DNA from: Marsupella aquatica
Lineage: Eukaryota; Plantae; Marchantiophyta
DNA length: 64,000 bases
NCBI GenBank assembly: GCA_973895155.1
Contig: OZ316899.1
Span: 3,865,455-3,929,454, forward strand
Direction of reading: 5' to 3'
Shown: positions 1-12,900 of the stretch, in pieces
How the letters are laid out: every line of letters starts with the position of its first letter
Numbering within the stretch: position 1 is the stretch's first letter
Notes under the pieces: model-generated
What the model was told of the DNA's origin: nothing
The model's database searches: none
The model's input: the letters and a program-made list of their open reading frames with translations, nothing else
Made by a program: the position numbers and the translations under genes

Positions 1-1962
1 TTGGTCATTGGGCAAGTTTTTGAGATGGGTATGTCAGAAGGAGTTACCAGAGGATGACATTGCTGCGATGGAGATATTTGGAGTAGAGATTGTTTGCAAG
101 TTGGAGAAGGCACTTCCACCCTCATTCTTTGATGGTCAGGTTCATTTCCTCATACATTTAGTGCGCGAGGTAGCAATTGCAGGCCCGGTACATTGTCGAT
201 GGATGTATTGGGTAGAGCATTATATGGGGGTGATGAAGTCATATGTCTCTAATCGGGCTAGGGTGGAAGGTAGCATTGCAGAGCGTCATCTTGGAGCAGA
301 GAGTATGTTTGATTGTACAAACATAGTTGCCACACTAGATCCAAGGACACCTAGGGGATGGATAGATGAGGTGACACGAAAGGCAGACTATGAGGATGAT
401 AGACTCACTGGGGCATCAGGAGAGCGTGGCTTAGGCTCAGCAGAGCGTTTGCAACTTACAACATTTATGTTGTATAACTCACCAGAGGTTGTAGGGGAGT
501 GGACAACATTTTATGAGGAGGAGAAGCAAAATAGTCGACGGCCACGGTTGTTTCCCAAGTTTCATCCATACATGAAATCAAAGTTGTTAGAAGTGGATGC
601 CTTGGTGGGTACCGGAGACAGTATATTACATTACCCACAAGTGACTGATAAGCTTCGTACCTTGGTTCATGGTCCATTGCTTAAAGTCACGACTCGGACA
701 GCAATGTGGTCAAAGGGGAGGCATTTCCGTGTGGAATGACTTGATGAGAAGAGAGCAGCTACACAAGATTGTGGGGTGATGGGTTGGTTCACCCAGGATT
801 CCCAGAGTAGCACGTCGGACATGAACCCCATTCGCTCCACCGTGGCCCATTATGGGAAGATTGATGAGATCCTGACAGTGAAGTACCATGCACATACTAC
901 TTTGGAGGAGGTGGTATTTAAGTGCAAATGGTTCAAGATGAATCTTGTAGGCAACAATCGAACATGTGAAGATGATGCATGCGGATTTACCCGTTTGAAG
1001 ACATCTGCAAATAGTGTCATTAGTTCCAATTGAAGGTCCTCAGATCCCTTTGCCTTCCCACATCACCTTGAGCAGTGCTTTTACCTACCCTATCCAAAGG
1101 ACCTCCAATTGCCATATATCCCTAGATCAAGGTCTATAGTCCAAGAGAGACCCAATGTTGTTGTAGTGGAAGACAACGACATCCCCGACCCTCCACAAGC
1201 TAGTTAGTACATTTTGTATGTAGCTAGGGCCCCCCGCAACCACACCACCTTCATGTTTTTTTTAATCGGCAATATAAAAGTTGGCATCATTACTTCTTTA
1301 ATTGTCATGGTATGCACATGCCCAAAATCTCTTGGTTATATATAGAAGCGACCTTACCTTATATACCCTTCCTAAGAACCCCCCCCCGCCTTATGTCCCA
1401 TTGACCGTCCCATGAAAAAACCATCGGATTTCCATCGAACCTTCTAAAAACAAAAACCAGACTTTCCGATACTCCCAACTACGGACTATTCCATATAAAA
1501 CCCATCGGACACACATTTTTGATCCTCTCCACAACGGACGCCTTTTCCTCCTTTGTTGATGAGGTATCCGATCCAACATCCGACGGACAATGTCCGACAT
1601 AACCTTTTACGCACAAACTATGCAATCCTAAATCCAACGGACACAAACATCCGATGCATTCCGTGACGGTCCTAGTCCGATACAACTACCAACGCAAACA
1701 TCTTGCGATGCATTAAGGTTTAGATGTATTATGCGGTCATTGCGACATAGTTTTCGATATGTTTATTGTCGGACAATGTCCGATAGTAATAAGATGGGAC
1801 AACGTATGCGATGGGCTTTACATTGGAATGTGGAGGTCCGATGGGATCAGGATCGGAAAATACGTTGCGGGGCACATCGGATATTGTCCGAAGTGTTCGG
1901 AATCGAATGGGTGAAGTTTGGCTCGAAAGGAGTATCAAAAAACCGCCAAAAATGTACTGGTG
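1..1962 (+). mobile_element. CACTA/EnSpm element 1, 3' part only (runs off the left edge), inserted into a gypsy RT gene
   Basis: Transposase C-terminus at 8-1204. TCCGA/TCGGA-rich subterminal repeats at about 1390-1950. Terminus ...AAAAATGTACTGGTG ends at 1962 (reverse complement CACCAGTACATTTTTGG), resembling CACTGGTACATATTTTGG at 59141. The gypsy RT reading frame breaks at this point. Confidence 0.85.
8..1204 (+). pseudogene. CACTA transposase C-terminal region (DUF4218/DUF4216-like), disrupted
   Basis: Motifs FFDGQVHFLIHLVREVAIAGPVHCRWMY, HYGKIDEI, VVFKCKWF and DPFAFP..EQCFY. TGA stops at 737-739 and 1031-1033 sit where the paralog at 60012-60926 reads R and W. Confidence 0.88.
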
Positions 1963-3645
1963 TCTACCCCAAAAAAACATTTGGTGGGATGTAGCTTGAG
2001 GTTAACCTCTCGGCATCGTTGTAGCGTACGCCATAGATATTCGGGGTGCATGGCGACAGTTCCGAAGATGGCAAAGTTGGCGATAAATATTTCCAGAAAT
2101 TCCCGTAGGAAATCATGGAAGATATTCATCATGAGTCGCTGAAACATGGCCGGGGTGTTACACAGCCCAAACGGCATTCTCCGAAATGCAAACGTCCCCC
2201 ATTCCGTAGTGAACGTTGTTTTGAGCTAATCCGAGAGGCGGATCCAGATTTGATTATAACCCGAATACCCGTCAAGGAATATATAAATTTTGTTTTGGGC
2301 TACCATATCGAGAACCATATCTGTGAATGGTAACGGGTAATGGTCTTTCCGGGTTGCATCGTTCAGATTACGATAGTCTTGACAGATCCGGATCTTAGGT
2401 TTTCTGTCCGTACCTCCCTTCTTTGGTACAATGACAATGGGAGAAACCCAGTCGCTGGCCATTATCGGGTAGATGATATCTGCGGCGAGGAGGCGACCGG
2501 TTTCCTCCTTCACTAAGATGGAGTACCTAGGGTTCATGCAACGTTGTTGCTGTCGTACTGCATGGGCCCCGAGGTTCAAATTGATCGTGTGTTCTCCCAA
2601 CTTGGGGGAGACTCCCGTCAAATTGTGATGGCTCCATGCAAACACATCTTCATATTCCTTGAGCAGGGCTTGGATAGATTTTTCTGCCTCCCCCGTCAGA
2701 GCGTGTCCCAGGTTAAAAGACTTATCCATCCCAATGGTGTACTTTCGGTAGTGCTCCCTCCTTATGACTTCCACCTGGTTCCGCAAGCTCGGGTCCAGGC
2801 TTGCATCCAGCTCTGCTAACCAAACTCCTCCGTACATAGGTGGAACTAGGATTGGTTTTGGAATTGGAGTTACTACCTCCAATTGCGGGATGGACGGGTC
2901 CCAGGAGACCCATTTCTTATGCCTTGGTTTTGGGTTTTCGGCCTTGGGCAGTTGTTTGGCCGTGGCGTGGTCACTAGGCTCTGTACTGGTAAAAGCAACA
3001 TCAGCTCCCTGCTTAGCTGGAGCCGTGTCCTCCGTATTGATGGGACAGTTTTGCGTTTCTTCAGCCCTGGAGGTAGAGGTGCTCGGGGTGGACTCAATAG
3101 CAACTTTTGGGTAATTCAGGAGATGCATTTCCCGGGTTGCCTCTACTCCAAAGACATCTTCCACGGACAGGGACAAAATGAGTTCAATCATATTCCTCGG
3201 GTCCCTGTGGCATTTCACCCTGATAATCATCCATTGCCCATGATACTTGTACTGTGGGTGTCCCGAACCGTAGCTCCTTCTTTCCCCAATCCGTGACTAC
3301 ACGGCCACCATACAGCCACAGCCTGCCTAGAAGGACCGGATAAGAGGAGGGCCGAACCGGCCTCATGACTAGGAAGTTGAGATAGAACTCCACCCCTCCT
3401 ACAAGGGTGAGCACCCGCATGAGCGTGCCCAATGGAAGGACCCTTGCCCCGTTGGCTAATCTGATCGCTCGGGCTGTGGGTTGATACGTGAGGTATCCTA
3501 ACTTAACTGATGTTTCCTCAGTCATGATGTTGACTCCCGCTCCTCCGTCTACGAGAACCATCTTGATGGTACAATTATTGATCTCAATCGAGATGTTCGA
3601 CGCTCCTAGGTCCTCGCATATCATGTTGCAGTCCGCGATCCCCAC
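1963..3645 (-). pseudogene. Gypsy aspartic protease and reverse transcriptase, frameshifted and truncated
   Basis: Protease motif VLVDGGAGVNIM (3184-3645). RT motifs WVSPIVIVPKK, RICQDYRNLN, KDHYPLP, FLDGYSGYNQI and MPFGLCNTPAMFQRLM. Confidence 0.92.
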
Positions 3646-3702
3646 TCTGGATAGTCACCTCCGTCGCCAACCCGTAAGCAACTCCCTGAGTTTCCATCGG
3701 TA

Positions 3703-5723
3703 CTATGGATTGTTCTGCAGCAGTTGCCCTACCATTGCCGTAACCGGGCAACTCTTCACGTCTTCCTTAATATCATAGTCCTCCTTCTTTTCTTCCTTCG
3801 GCTGCTGCTTGGCTTCCTCCTCCTGCTTTTCTTGCTCCTGTTGTCGGGCGGCCTCGGCTGCTTTGATGTCCTTATCGATTGCCTTCTGGTATTCCCGAGC
3901 TTCATAGGCCTCCAACTGTTTCTTTACCAATTCCTCAATGGGGGGGAAAAATAGTTTTGGGTCGTCCCGACGGTAGTCATCATCCTTCTCCGGGGGTATA
4001 TCTATGGCTGGCTGCACTGGAGTAATATCTTGCTTTTTCTTGCGTTTTTCTTCATGTTTCTCTTCCTTCCGCTTGGCTCTTGTTGACACTCGGTAGCACT
4101 CAGCCTCGTCTGATGGATTAGGGTGCTCCGCCACGTCCACCAGATTTACCCACTTGGTGTTGTCATCCTGCCATTCCACAACAATCATTTGGACGACTGC
4201 ATCGCTCGTGGCCGGTCCGCCCTGGGCCCGTCTTCCTGCGTTTGTTCAAGCGCGCTATTACCAATGGATAGTTGGCCATGGAGTGAGCTTCCGTTTTGCA
4301 TACTTGACATAGTGGTGTGCCTCGGCCATCCCCCTGCCGTCTTGGTTCGGTGCATTCCCTCGCAAAGTGGCCTGGCTTCTCACAGTTGTAACAAACCGGG
4401 GATCGCCAAATCCCTGGCTTGGGAGGAATGCTCGGGTTACTGATAACTTGGAAACTTCTGCCATTGTTTGGGTAGGGGTATGCAGTTCTACCTGCTAAGT
4501 TACGCGGACCCATCGTTGAAATCTGATACACCAAATCAGTGGGATCTTCGAAGAAATACTCCATGGACTCTGATTCATGTCCCGGGTTGTCAACATCATC
4601 TAATTCCACCCGATGGACTTGGTTCTTCCATCTTGGGCATTCCTGCACGACATGCCCAAATTGGAAGCACTTCGAACACCATGCATGTGCTCGGGTCTCG
4701 GGTGGCTTCTTCTTCTCCATAGGTTTTTCCGCGAGATGTACTGACAGTGCTTTGAGACGATCCGTGATTTTGTTAAGCTTGTTTGTTTCGGCGGCCTTTG
4801 GATCGGGTATTGTTCTTCAAACACGGGGCTTGATTTTTCCTTCCTTCTTAACCCGCCTCTTCTTCTTTTTGCCCCGGCTCTTGCTCTTCAAATCACTTCT
4901 TGATGAGCTAGAAGTGGAGGAGTCGAAGTTGAATCCGAACTAGATTCTGTCTCCAAACTGGACGAGGTCGAACAATGTTTCTTCTTCTTCTTGCGTTTCT
5001 TCTTCTTCTTGTCGTCCGATTCGGAGTCACTGTCACTGAAGGTCTCATACTTGCCCTTCTTGCGGCGTGCCCGCTGGCTTCGCCGGGAGTTATAGGTGGA
5101 CTCCCGGTAGGTTTTGGCGCACGCTATAGCTGCTTGCATTGAAATTGGGTTATTCTAGTGCACCCAGAATTGCATATTCGTGGGCAAACCATGGAGGAAC
5201 CGCGTAAGCTGGAGAGCATCACCTGGCCTAGGTCGGATTTTGGCAGCAAGTTTCTGAAACTTCTTAATGAACTTTCGCAAGGACTCTTCTTTCCCATGCG
5301 AAGCTGGCCGATCTTTAATAAAGAACGCTGCTTTGATCCAATGGCACGAAACTCTTGTAGCAACGCAGCTTGGAATTGTGCCCATATAATCCCGGGTTGC
5401 AACGAGTTGTACCATGGACGAGCTTCTCCCCGCATCACCCTGGGGAGGACGGTTAGCTTAATGGCGTCTTCCCCATTGGCCTTAGCAGTGGCTTCAAACT
5501 CATCCAGCCATTCATCCGGATCATCCCCATGACGTCCTTTGAAAGGTCGATAATGGAACCGCGACCGCTGTGATATTTGTGGGGGAGCTTGGGCAGCGCG
5601 GGCCATTGGTGGGGCGGCTGCCATAGGTACTGGTGGCGGTGGTGGTGGTGTAGCATGGACCGGAGCAGGACCGGCTGGACCGGACCCCGAAGGTCCCGGT
5701 GGTATGTTCATTTGTCGAGGCAA
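3703..5723 (-). pseudogene. Gypsy gag with several CCHC zinc knuckles, frameshifted
   Basis: FKGRHGDDPDEWLDEFEATAKANG...EARPWYNSL (retrotransposon gag-like). Knuckles CSKCFQFGHVVQEC and CYNCEKPGHFAREC. Confidence 0.85.
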
Positions 5724-5914
5724 TTGTGAATCCTCCGAGCCTGAAGAGTCGGAGCTTGTTGGGGTTGCACTCTCTCGTTTGATTCAAGTAAGCTGCTTGA
5801 GAATGAGTGACGGGCATTTACTCGTATAAATGCAATGGTTAGTAACTCACAAGGGCCTGGTGTATTCTGCCTAAGTGCACCCGCACATGTCTCCCCTCTA
5901 CTACACGTAGAGTG

Positions 5915-5933
5915 CCCCCTCCATCTACCGCCA
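5915..5933 (-). promoter_or_regulatory. Primer-binding site, tRNA-Asn-like
   Basis: TGGCGGTAGATGGAGGGGG. The paralog at 56060-56078 reads TGGCGCTAGATGGAGGGGG. Both are close to the complement of the plant tRNA-Asn 3' end as recalled from memory (TGGCGCTAGAAGGAGGGG). Confidence 0.7.
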
Positions 5934-5945
5934 AAACAAAGGCTA

Positions 5946-6510
5946 TGTCACGTCGTCAGCCTAGGCCTTAACCCGGGCTTCAGCTTAGACAGACACATCC
6001 TTCGTCAAAATAAGGGTTTGGGCAGGGAGGGATGCACAGAATGCACCTAACTCACGTAAACTAGCGCTAAGTGCGCCTATGGTCATATATGGACACCTCC
6101 TAGGTATTGTTTGTGTTCCACCGTCGGAACGTACCTCAATCGATAGTAGGATCAACCCCGGCTTACGGGCTTCTAAGCCTTTGTGTTTTCCGCCTTTGAT
6201 CCGGATTCGATGGTATGGGTACTAAACCCGGGCTCGCAACCACTTACCCGCAAGCTGCACCCCATGCACGACTTGGGTAGTGCGTTTGGCCAAGTGTTGG
6301 CACCTATACACGAGATTCACACATATACATACGCACAAGCATACAATCTCGATTTACACGAAGGAAATAGTGGGAAAGGATTTTACTACATAGGAGACAT
6401 ATGCGTACACTTAGTTGACCCGAAAGCCCTGGAATGAACAGGTCCGAGGCCAAGTGTGTACACTACAACGAAGCCCGGCTTTGCACTCACCCAGCGAGCT
6501 TAGTCCTACA
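5946..6510 (-). repeat. LTR (565 bp) of gypsy copy 1, in an internal position
   Basis: TGTAGGAC...GTGACA, immediately preceded by the polypurine tract AAGGGGAGGG and followed 12 nt later by the PBS. A homologous 564-bp segment lies at 55483-56046. Confidence 0.7.
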
Positions 6511-6892
6511 CCCTCCCCTTGGTACTCTTTCACTCCCAGAGGTCGGGACTCCCCGCACATACCGCGGATGTCCAACACTGAGACTAAAAATCCCCCCCTT
6601 GCCTCTACTAAGGGGTGCACTAAATACTAAGGGCCAAGGAACGAAGTGCCCTCGCGCCCAAAGATTCGCTAACTAAGGTCCTAACTAAGCTGGCTGTCAG
6701 GCTGGAAAATGGCTTGTCTTATTAGAAGATCCTAATCTACGCAGGTTGTACAGCATGGCAGTGCTGCGCTAACTAGGGCAGGTGCTTGTTCCTATAGACT
6801 AATTGAGCTATTCCTAACTCTACTCTAATCCTACTCCACCGCTAGTGCCTGGCACGCTTGCCAGAGCCGCCTGAGTGGGAACGGCTATCCCG

Positions 6893-9420
6893 CTACCTTC
6901 TGAGCCTGTCGGCGTCTTGCTTGAGTAGCTGGACCTGGTCCAGCAGAGATTCGTTTTCCCGCTTTGCCGCGTCTGCCTCTTCCGCGGCCTCCTGGGATGC
7001 CTCCTCCAGTTGTTGGGTGTTGCTCGTCAGCTTGTCCACCAACTGGGCCTGTTTCGTGGCTTCTCCTTGAAGCCGTGCCACCTCTGCCTTCAGGGCGTCA
7101 ATCTTGGCTGTGTCCCGCTGAGACCTTGAGTCAGCTTCCTCCAGATCCTTTTGCCAACTGACGGCTTGCCCCTGCAAACCGTCAATCTTGGTACGGAGCC
7201 GCGCAATCTTGACATCCTTTCCAAGCCCGACCTGTACTGCCAACGCTACTTGGGCTCTAGCCTCGGCGACCTGGTCCTCCGTGGCCGTTACCTGAGGCCG
7301 TAGTTGCTGGAGTTCAGCCTCCAGGGTTGCCACTTCATCCTTCAGGTAGGCAGACTCAACCCGATATTGCTCTATTCTCTACGCGGACTCTGCCTGCGCA
7401 TGTCCTGCCCTTACTGCCGCAACCAACTCCTGGTTGAAGAAGTAGGCCACCCTCCAGGCCATCTATTCCCCGGTGTCCCAAGAGATCTGTTGCGAGAAAT
7501 CTCCCAACAACCCATTCAAAAATGTGCCCGACGCAAAGAGTTCTGGATGGTCTAGACTGTGTCCTTTGGGATTCGGGCACGGGCAGACTCCAACCCGTGC
7601 GGGAGTAGGAGTGGACACATCCAGGCCTTGAGGTAAGTCGGTCAAAGGGGCTGGTTCCACTAGAGGTGGGTGGTTCTCCTACATAACCGCGGGGGGTGGA
7701 GGAATCTCCCCGGCTACCATGGCTTTGCTTCAGGTACGGCTTCATCCGGCCCGGCTTCGATGGCATTGTCCCGATTGATCGCGTCTAAGGTCGCAATCAC
7801 GTCAATGGGTATGCCTGGCGGGGCGGCAATGGCGGGTTGCGGGGCCGGGATAGCAGGACTTGCAGCTGCCAGACTTCGGGCCTCGAGCTGCGGTCGCCTT
7901 ACCTGGGCTGGGAACACCCATTTTGGCGGGGTCAGCTCGGGCTCATTGAGACGCGAGATGCTCCGACGGTCAAAATGAGCGTACCACTCGAGGATGATTT
8001 CGACGTGGCTAGCGAAGTACGCCCTCCCACCAAGGTACAAAGTCTTCCTTCTGCGCTCCATCTCCTCGTGGAACTTCTTGATGAAGAAGGACGCCCACTT
8101 CTTGGGCCGATAGTTCTCCACCTGGATGACCTGAGCGGCCGATATTTCTCCTCTAGGTTCCATCATGTGGAGGGCATACCGCTGGAACTCTAGGCGTTTT
8201 GCTACCTCCAGGATGAGGCACGTCCTCATTAAGAACCCATTCTCCACTACACCTTTGGCCGGGAAGCTAGATGACTGGTATTTAGCTCCCTTGCCCCCAG
8301 GAGCCCGCGACTCTACCCGGTTTATCCCCTTGGGTAAGCCAAAAATCATCTTCAGACGTGCCTCATCGAGACACATCACTCTCCCATGCGCTCGGGTTTG
8401 TTGACGGGCCTCATCAAAGTTTTGAATGAACTCCGTCATATCCTGCCCGTAATACCTGCTCCCGTTCCAAGGGAGAGAGGCGAGGTGCTCAAACCCCTGG
8501 GTCTTCAGATAGCATGCATGCTTGGGGTGGAGGATGTTCTTGTGAACGTTGTCCCCCATGCGATGCATGGTCAGCTTGGCTACCGCAACCGTGGCCAAAG
8601 GCAACCCGGATACGACTGTGGGCTCCTTCCTCTTCCTACCCCAAGACTGATTCCCGGGGTGACTAGAAGAAGGGGACATCTCTCCATCCTCTCGGTCAGG
8701 TGGTGGTAGCGCGACTGCCATGAGTATTGGTGTCGGGGCCGCTAGCGTTACCGTGTTGTCCCCTCGGGCTTGCTGGGGTGGTGTGGGGTTGTTCGTACCC
8801 CGCGGTCGTCGATTCAGAGGAGGGTGAGCCTCCTCGTCTTTGGAGCTGATATGTACCGCATTCACCACGGATCGTACTCAAAGAGGTGGTGGAACCGGTG
8901 GCGGGGACCGGCTTGGCTGAGGCCGAGGAGGTGTAGGTGCGGGTACGGGAACGGGTTGGCCGACACTAGTCATTGATGGTAGAGTTGCCATGAAGTTCTG
9001 CAAGTGCCGGTGGAGGTTTTCCGACGCAAGTGAAGATGGTCCTGTCGACCGGGTAGTGTTGAACTTGCCATTGATGATAGCCCGAACCCGAGCGGGGATG
9101 TGGTCGAAGTGGTGCCTCTGTAAGTCGATCGTGCCCGTAATATTGAAGACCTTGTCCGGAAGCCAAAGCAATGCCTCCCAGAAGCCGATGTATTTGCCTC
9201 CGTCGAAGAAGTACCCTGATACCTCTTCGGGTCGGTAAAGCTCGCTCTGGGACGGGTACTCAAAGTTAAGGAGATAGTGGTGTCATCCTGCTAGGCGGAT
9301 GGCTCTCTCGTATTCACGTTTGATCTCGTATCGGCACGGGTTGGCGTGTTTCAATGTGTCGGCCAAGTGTCCTCCGATAGACAGGAACTGAGTCCATAAT
9401 CGTATGGCCCAACTGGAAAG
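6893..9420 (-). pseudogene. Accessory ORF cluster of the Tat-like gypsy: ORF-A about 8878-9420, ORF-B 7714-8868 (384 aa), coiled-coil ORF-C about 6893-7660
   Basis: Long ORFs on the same strand as gag. ORF-B contains an FIQNFDE...HGRVMCLDEARLKMIFGLPKG segment reminiscent of plant retroelement extra-ORF proteins. ORF-C is heptad-rich and conserved at about 54450-55110. A TATAAAA lies near 9540 on the minus strand. Confidence 0.55.
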
Positions 9421-9908
9421 GATTGTGTGCGATATTCAGAGGAGATGGTAGGTGACTAAGGGAAAGCGAGAGAGCTGGGATCAAAGCTGGCGCGTGGACT
9501 GGAGAGCTTGGTGCACTGCAAAGGATCGGCCCCCTTTTTATACCCTGAGAGTTTGTCGATCGCCCGATGCCTCCTTGTCGCTTATAGGTCGAGCCTTTCA
9601 CGCTCACAGTGTATCGGCCCCTTCTCCAGTCCGGGTCAGCTCATGTCAGTGGCCGCCTCCCGGAGTTTGTTATACGGACCCAAGGGAGGGGGAAAAAGGG
9701 CCCATTACACGCTTGCAACCCGGGCGTGTGAATGGCGACCCGCCACCAGCCCGAACATGGATTCCCCTTATTGACTAATGATTTCCTACTCATAATGGCT
9801 ACCTAAGTAGTGTCGTTATGCTAATAATAACGGCCTAAGATACCCCTAACGCGCATGCTAAGCACAGTTAGACCAAATTACTCATTACCCGCCGTACCGG
9901 CGGCGTCA

Positions 9909-12900
9909 TAATAATAATGGATATCCATGGACAAGATTGGTCACCGCATCTGCTAATCTGAAGCCACGCGACCACTGGTCTGTTTTCAAGGTCCGTTGCA
10001 TAGGTGTTATTCAATGTCAAAATTTGAATTGTTCAAAATTCAAAGAGGCTGGGGCCAAGAATGAAGCTGCATTCCCAGGAATACCTCTTCTTACAGATGT
10101 CTTCCAGCCGGGTTCCCTTGTTCCTGAAGGAGGTTTGGTTTGCGGGTTTTGTGACAAAAGACCTTTTTGTGTAAGGCCCTGTCCTACTAAGATGTTTTAT
10201 GTGTACGCAAAACCGGCCTTGGATTCACATATATCAAAGCATATGTCTCGACTTGCTGTGCATATGGGATTTCATGATCATCCAGTTCGAACGGGGAAGT
10301 GTCGAGTTGCCAAGAAGAAAGCGGAAGAAGTTATTCAAGGCGTCCAGATAGCTCATCCACTAGCAACACCTTCCAGGGTGAAGAACATTTCTATAGGTAC
10401 ATTGATATCGCTTTTGCATCCCGAGTCATGCCAAGATCTTTCAAAAGAAGAGGAGGTTGAATTGTGGAATTCAATGAAAGTTGTGTCATTGCCGGCAAAG
10501 TTCCATGCAATTTTTTGAAGTGTTAAGATAGGAAATCCCAAGAAAGGTGAGTTGGATTCACTTCGTGAGATGCAAATGCGTGTGAGATTTCCATTCCTTC
10601 AGAGGTTCATGTTCCCGGGACAGGCTGGGAAGTCCATCCAGGCTCATGTGTTCAAGATGAGTACCATGGGTCCAGGTTCAGGTGTTGACATTCTCCGTTG
10701 CATGCAAAGAGGAGGAACTTTAGAGGGGGCATGGGTGAGTTTTGACGTGATGCATAGGATAACAACAGGTTGGCTCACTTTCAGTGCTCATGTTTATGAT
10801 CACACTTACCGTGCCCTTTGTACAATATTCACTTGTGAATTGAAAGCTGAGGATGCTGACTCTTTGAAAACTGCATGGCGTTTAATGTTGGAGGTTGCTG
10901 CCGAGAATGGTATTAGTGAGGTAGAGATAGCAGGTTTTATGGCTGACAATGCTGAAGCTGTGTAATAGAGGGGTTAAGCCCTTAAGGATAGAAAAGTTAT
11001 CTTATGTGAAAAAAATAGTTTTCAATGACCATGTTGAGGAACTTGAATGACTATTTAAGCATCTGTGAGTATATTAAGCTTGAATCATGCCAAGGTGCAT
11101 ATAAAGATGTTATGGTCCCTCATCCGACTCAATAGTGAAAGAGAAATAAAACCATAAATGGATTGGTATTGGAAAAATCTGATAGCGAGGAGAGACCTAC
11201 TTCAACCCCTCAAGCAAAGGTTTAACTTTGGAATTGAGATCCAACTTTTCACAAATTTGAGTTAGACGGCTAATTCTAAGGTGAATTAATCAGTGCATTT
11301 CAGCAACAAGTAGCTCAATCTTTTATCAAGGTTGTGTTACCCCACCTTCCAGTAGTTCATGGAAAAAATTACACCAACTAAGTGATGGAAATTGAGGAGT
11401 TATTCCATCCGGAATTTGAACCGGTTTCCATCCGGTTTTTGAGCCGGTTTTTGATCCGGTTTGGACATACCATCCGGTAGAAAAATTACCATAACTCTCA
11501 AACCATTTATCCAAATCAAGATCTGTAAAGTGTGTTGGAAAGCTCTTTCCTATGCGGTTAAGATATATATATAAAGAACTCTGAAAATGGACTCGAAATG
11601 ACCCACTTAATATTATGAGACTCCAACCGGTGCAACCAAGAGATATCCGAGATTTCCGGACAAATAATGGAATGAAGATTTTGAAGCGTTGCTTCCACAC
11701 CATTTGACCTTCAAGATGTCTGACTTTGGACCAAGAAAGCATGATCCATAGCTAAAGACCTTAACCAATCAAAATGGTTGGATAAGTATGAAAGGATACT
11801 ATGAAAAGATATACCCATTCATTGGAAGATGGAGAGACTCGATAGTCAAATTCTTATTACTCTGGCACTCCTACGTTTTACTTACACCAATGGACATTAT
11901 CTCAAGACTTCATTTTTGGAAACCTTTCACTTTGAAACCAAGAAATGTACTACTTGCTTCCTATCTTACTACTACCTTTGGAGGTATCACTTTCATGCCA
12001 AACCCTCTCAACTCCATTGATCCAGCAGTAGACTCCACATCGGTGAAGCCTGACACTTCAACTCCTGAAGAGTAAAAAGTTATTCCATCCGGAAGTTGAA
12101 CCGGCTTCCCATCCGGTTTCCCACCCGGTTTTTGATCCGGTTTTGTGTTTGAAGCCATATAAAACTTAGTATAAGAAGAATTAGACTTTGAATTTTTGTT
12201 GAGCACTTTATCTCATAGTCTAGTTTCAGAATTTAACATTACTTTTTACTTTTACACTTAGGTTAGGAATTGAAGGGGCATACCTCTTCAACTTTTGTTT
12301 AGAGGAGACTTGTCCCTAAGTATAAGAGGGAAAGTTTCCACCATTTTACTCAGACTTGCATTTCACTTTTGAAAGTCTCCTTCTTTGAAGAGAAGTAATA
12401 GATTCATAATTTTGGTGATCTATGTTTTGTGTTTGGACATTAGTGTGTGACCATTCTTGCTAGAAAATCTATGAAAAGTGACTAGCAATGTCATAGTTAA
12501 CCTTTAGGCTGACTGGAAATGCATGCCTGAGATCATACAAAGGTCTAAAGATTCATGTTGACTATGGAATACTTATGGCTTATTAAGTATTAGTGGAAGA
12601 AGCACCATACGAGAACTCACAAATTGCGTAGTCCTAAAAGAGCAATCTGAAGGATTGAATAAGTTAGTTCGGAGTAATCAGTACCACCTTTGCCTTGACA
12701 TAGGTCAGAAAGTTAATACAGGCTATCTTATATACATCTTTTACAAATTCTTAGATGGTTGGCTTTAAGGATTAGCTTTAGGCATCAGCCTAATTTAGTC
12801 AGACTCTCTGTTGACTCTTAATCGTGCCTAACTTAGTCATAGATTGCTAAGTGGCGAGAGGAGATGAGACATTTAAGGCTCGCCTAATCCTCTCTTTACG

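Larger units (their letters stand above)
1963..9908 (-). mobile_element. Tat-like Ty3/gypsy copy 1: accessory ORFs, internal LTR, gag, protease and RT; 3' part cut by CACTA-1
   Basis: Contains gag, zinc knuckles, protease and RT motifs plus a tRNA-Asn-like PBS. The right edge at 9908 abuts MULE-1 coding sequence. Confidence 0.85.

Noticed and set aside
4888-5139. Lys/Ser/Glu-rich ORFs (also 56992-57396 and 3703-4188) as separate nuclear proteins
   Set aside because: They are low-complexity linkers of the frameshifted gag-pol, present in both gypsy copies.
2544-9778. Numerous 60-140-aa plus-strand ORFs over gypsy copy 1, and equivalent antisense ORFs over both copia elements and the MULEs
   Set aside because: They are shadow frames of GC-rich coding sequence with no recognisable motifs.
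9668-9908. A TG...CA 241-bp LTR at the right edge of gypsy copy 1
   Set aside because: No second copy, no PBS after it, and no similarity to the PPT/PBS-flanked LTR at 5946-6510. The nature of this end is unresolved.
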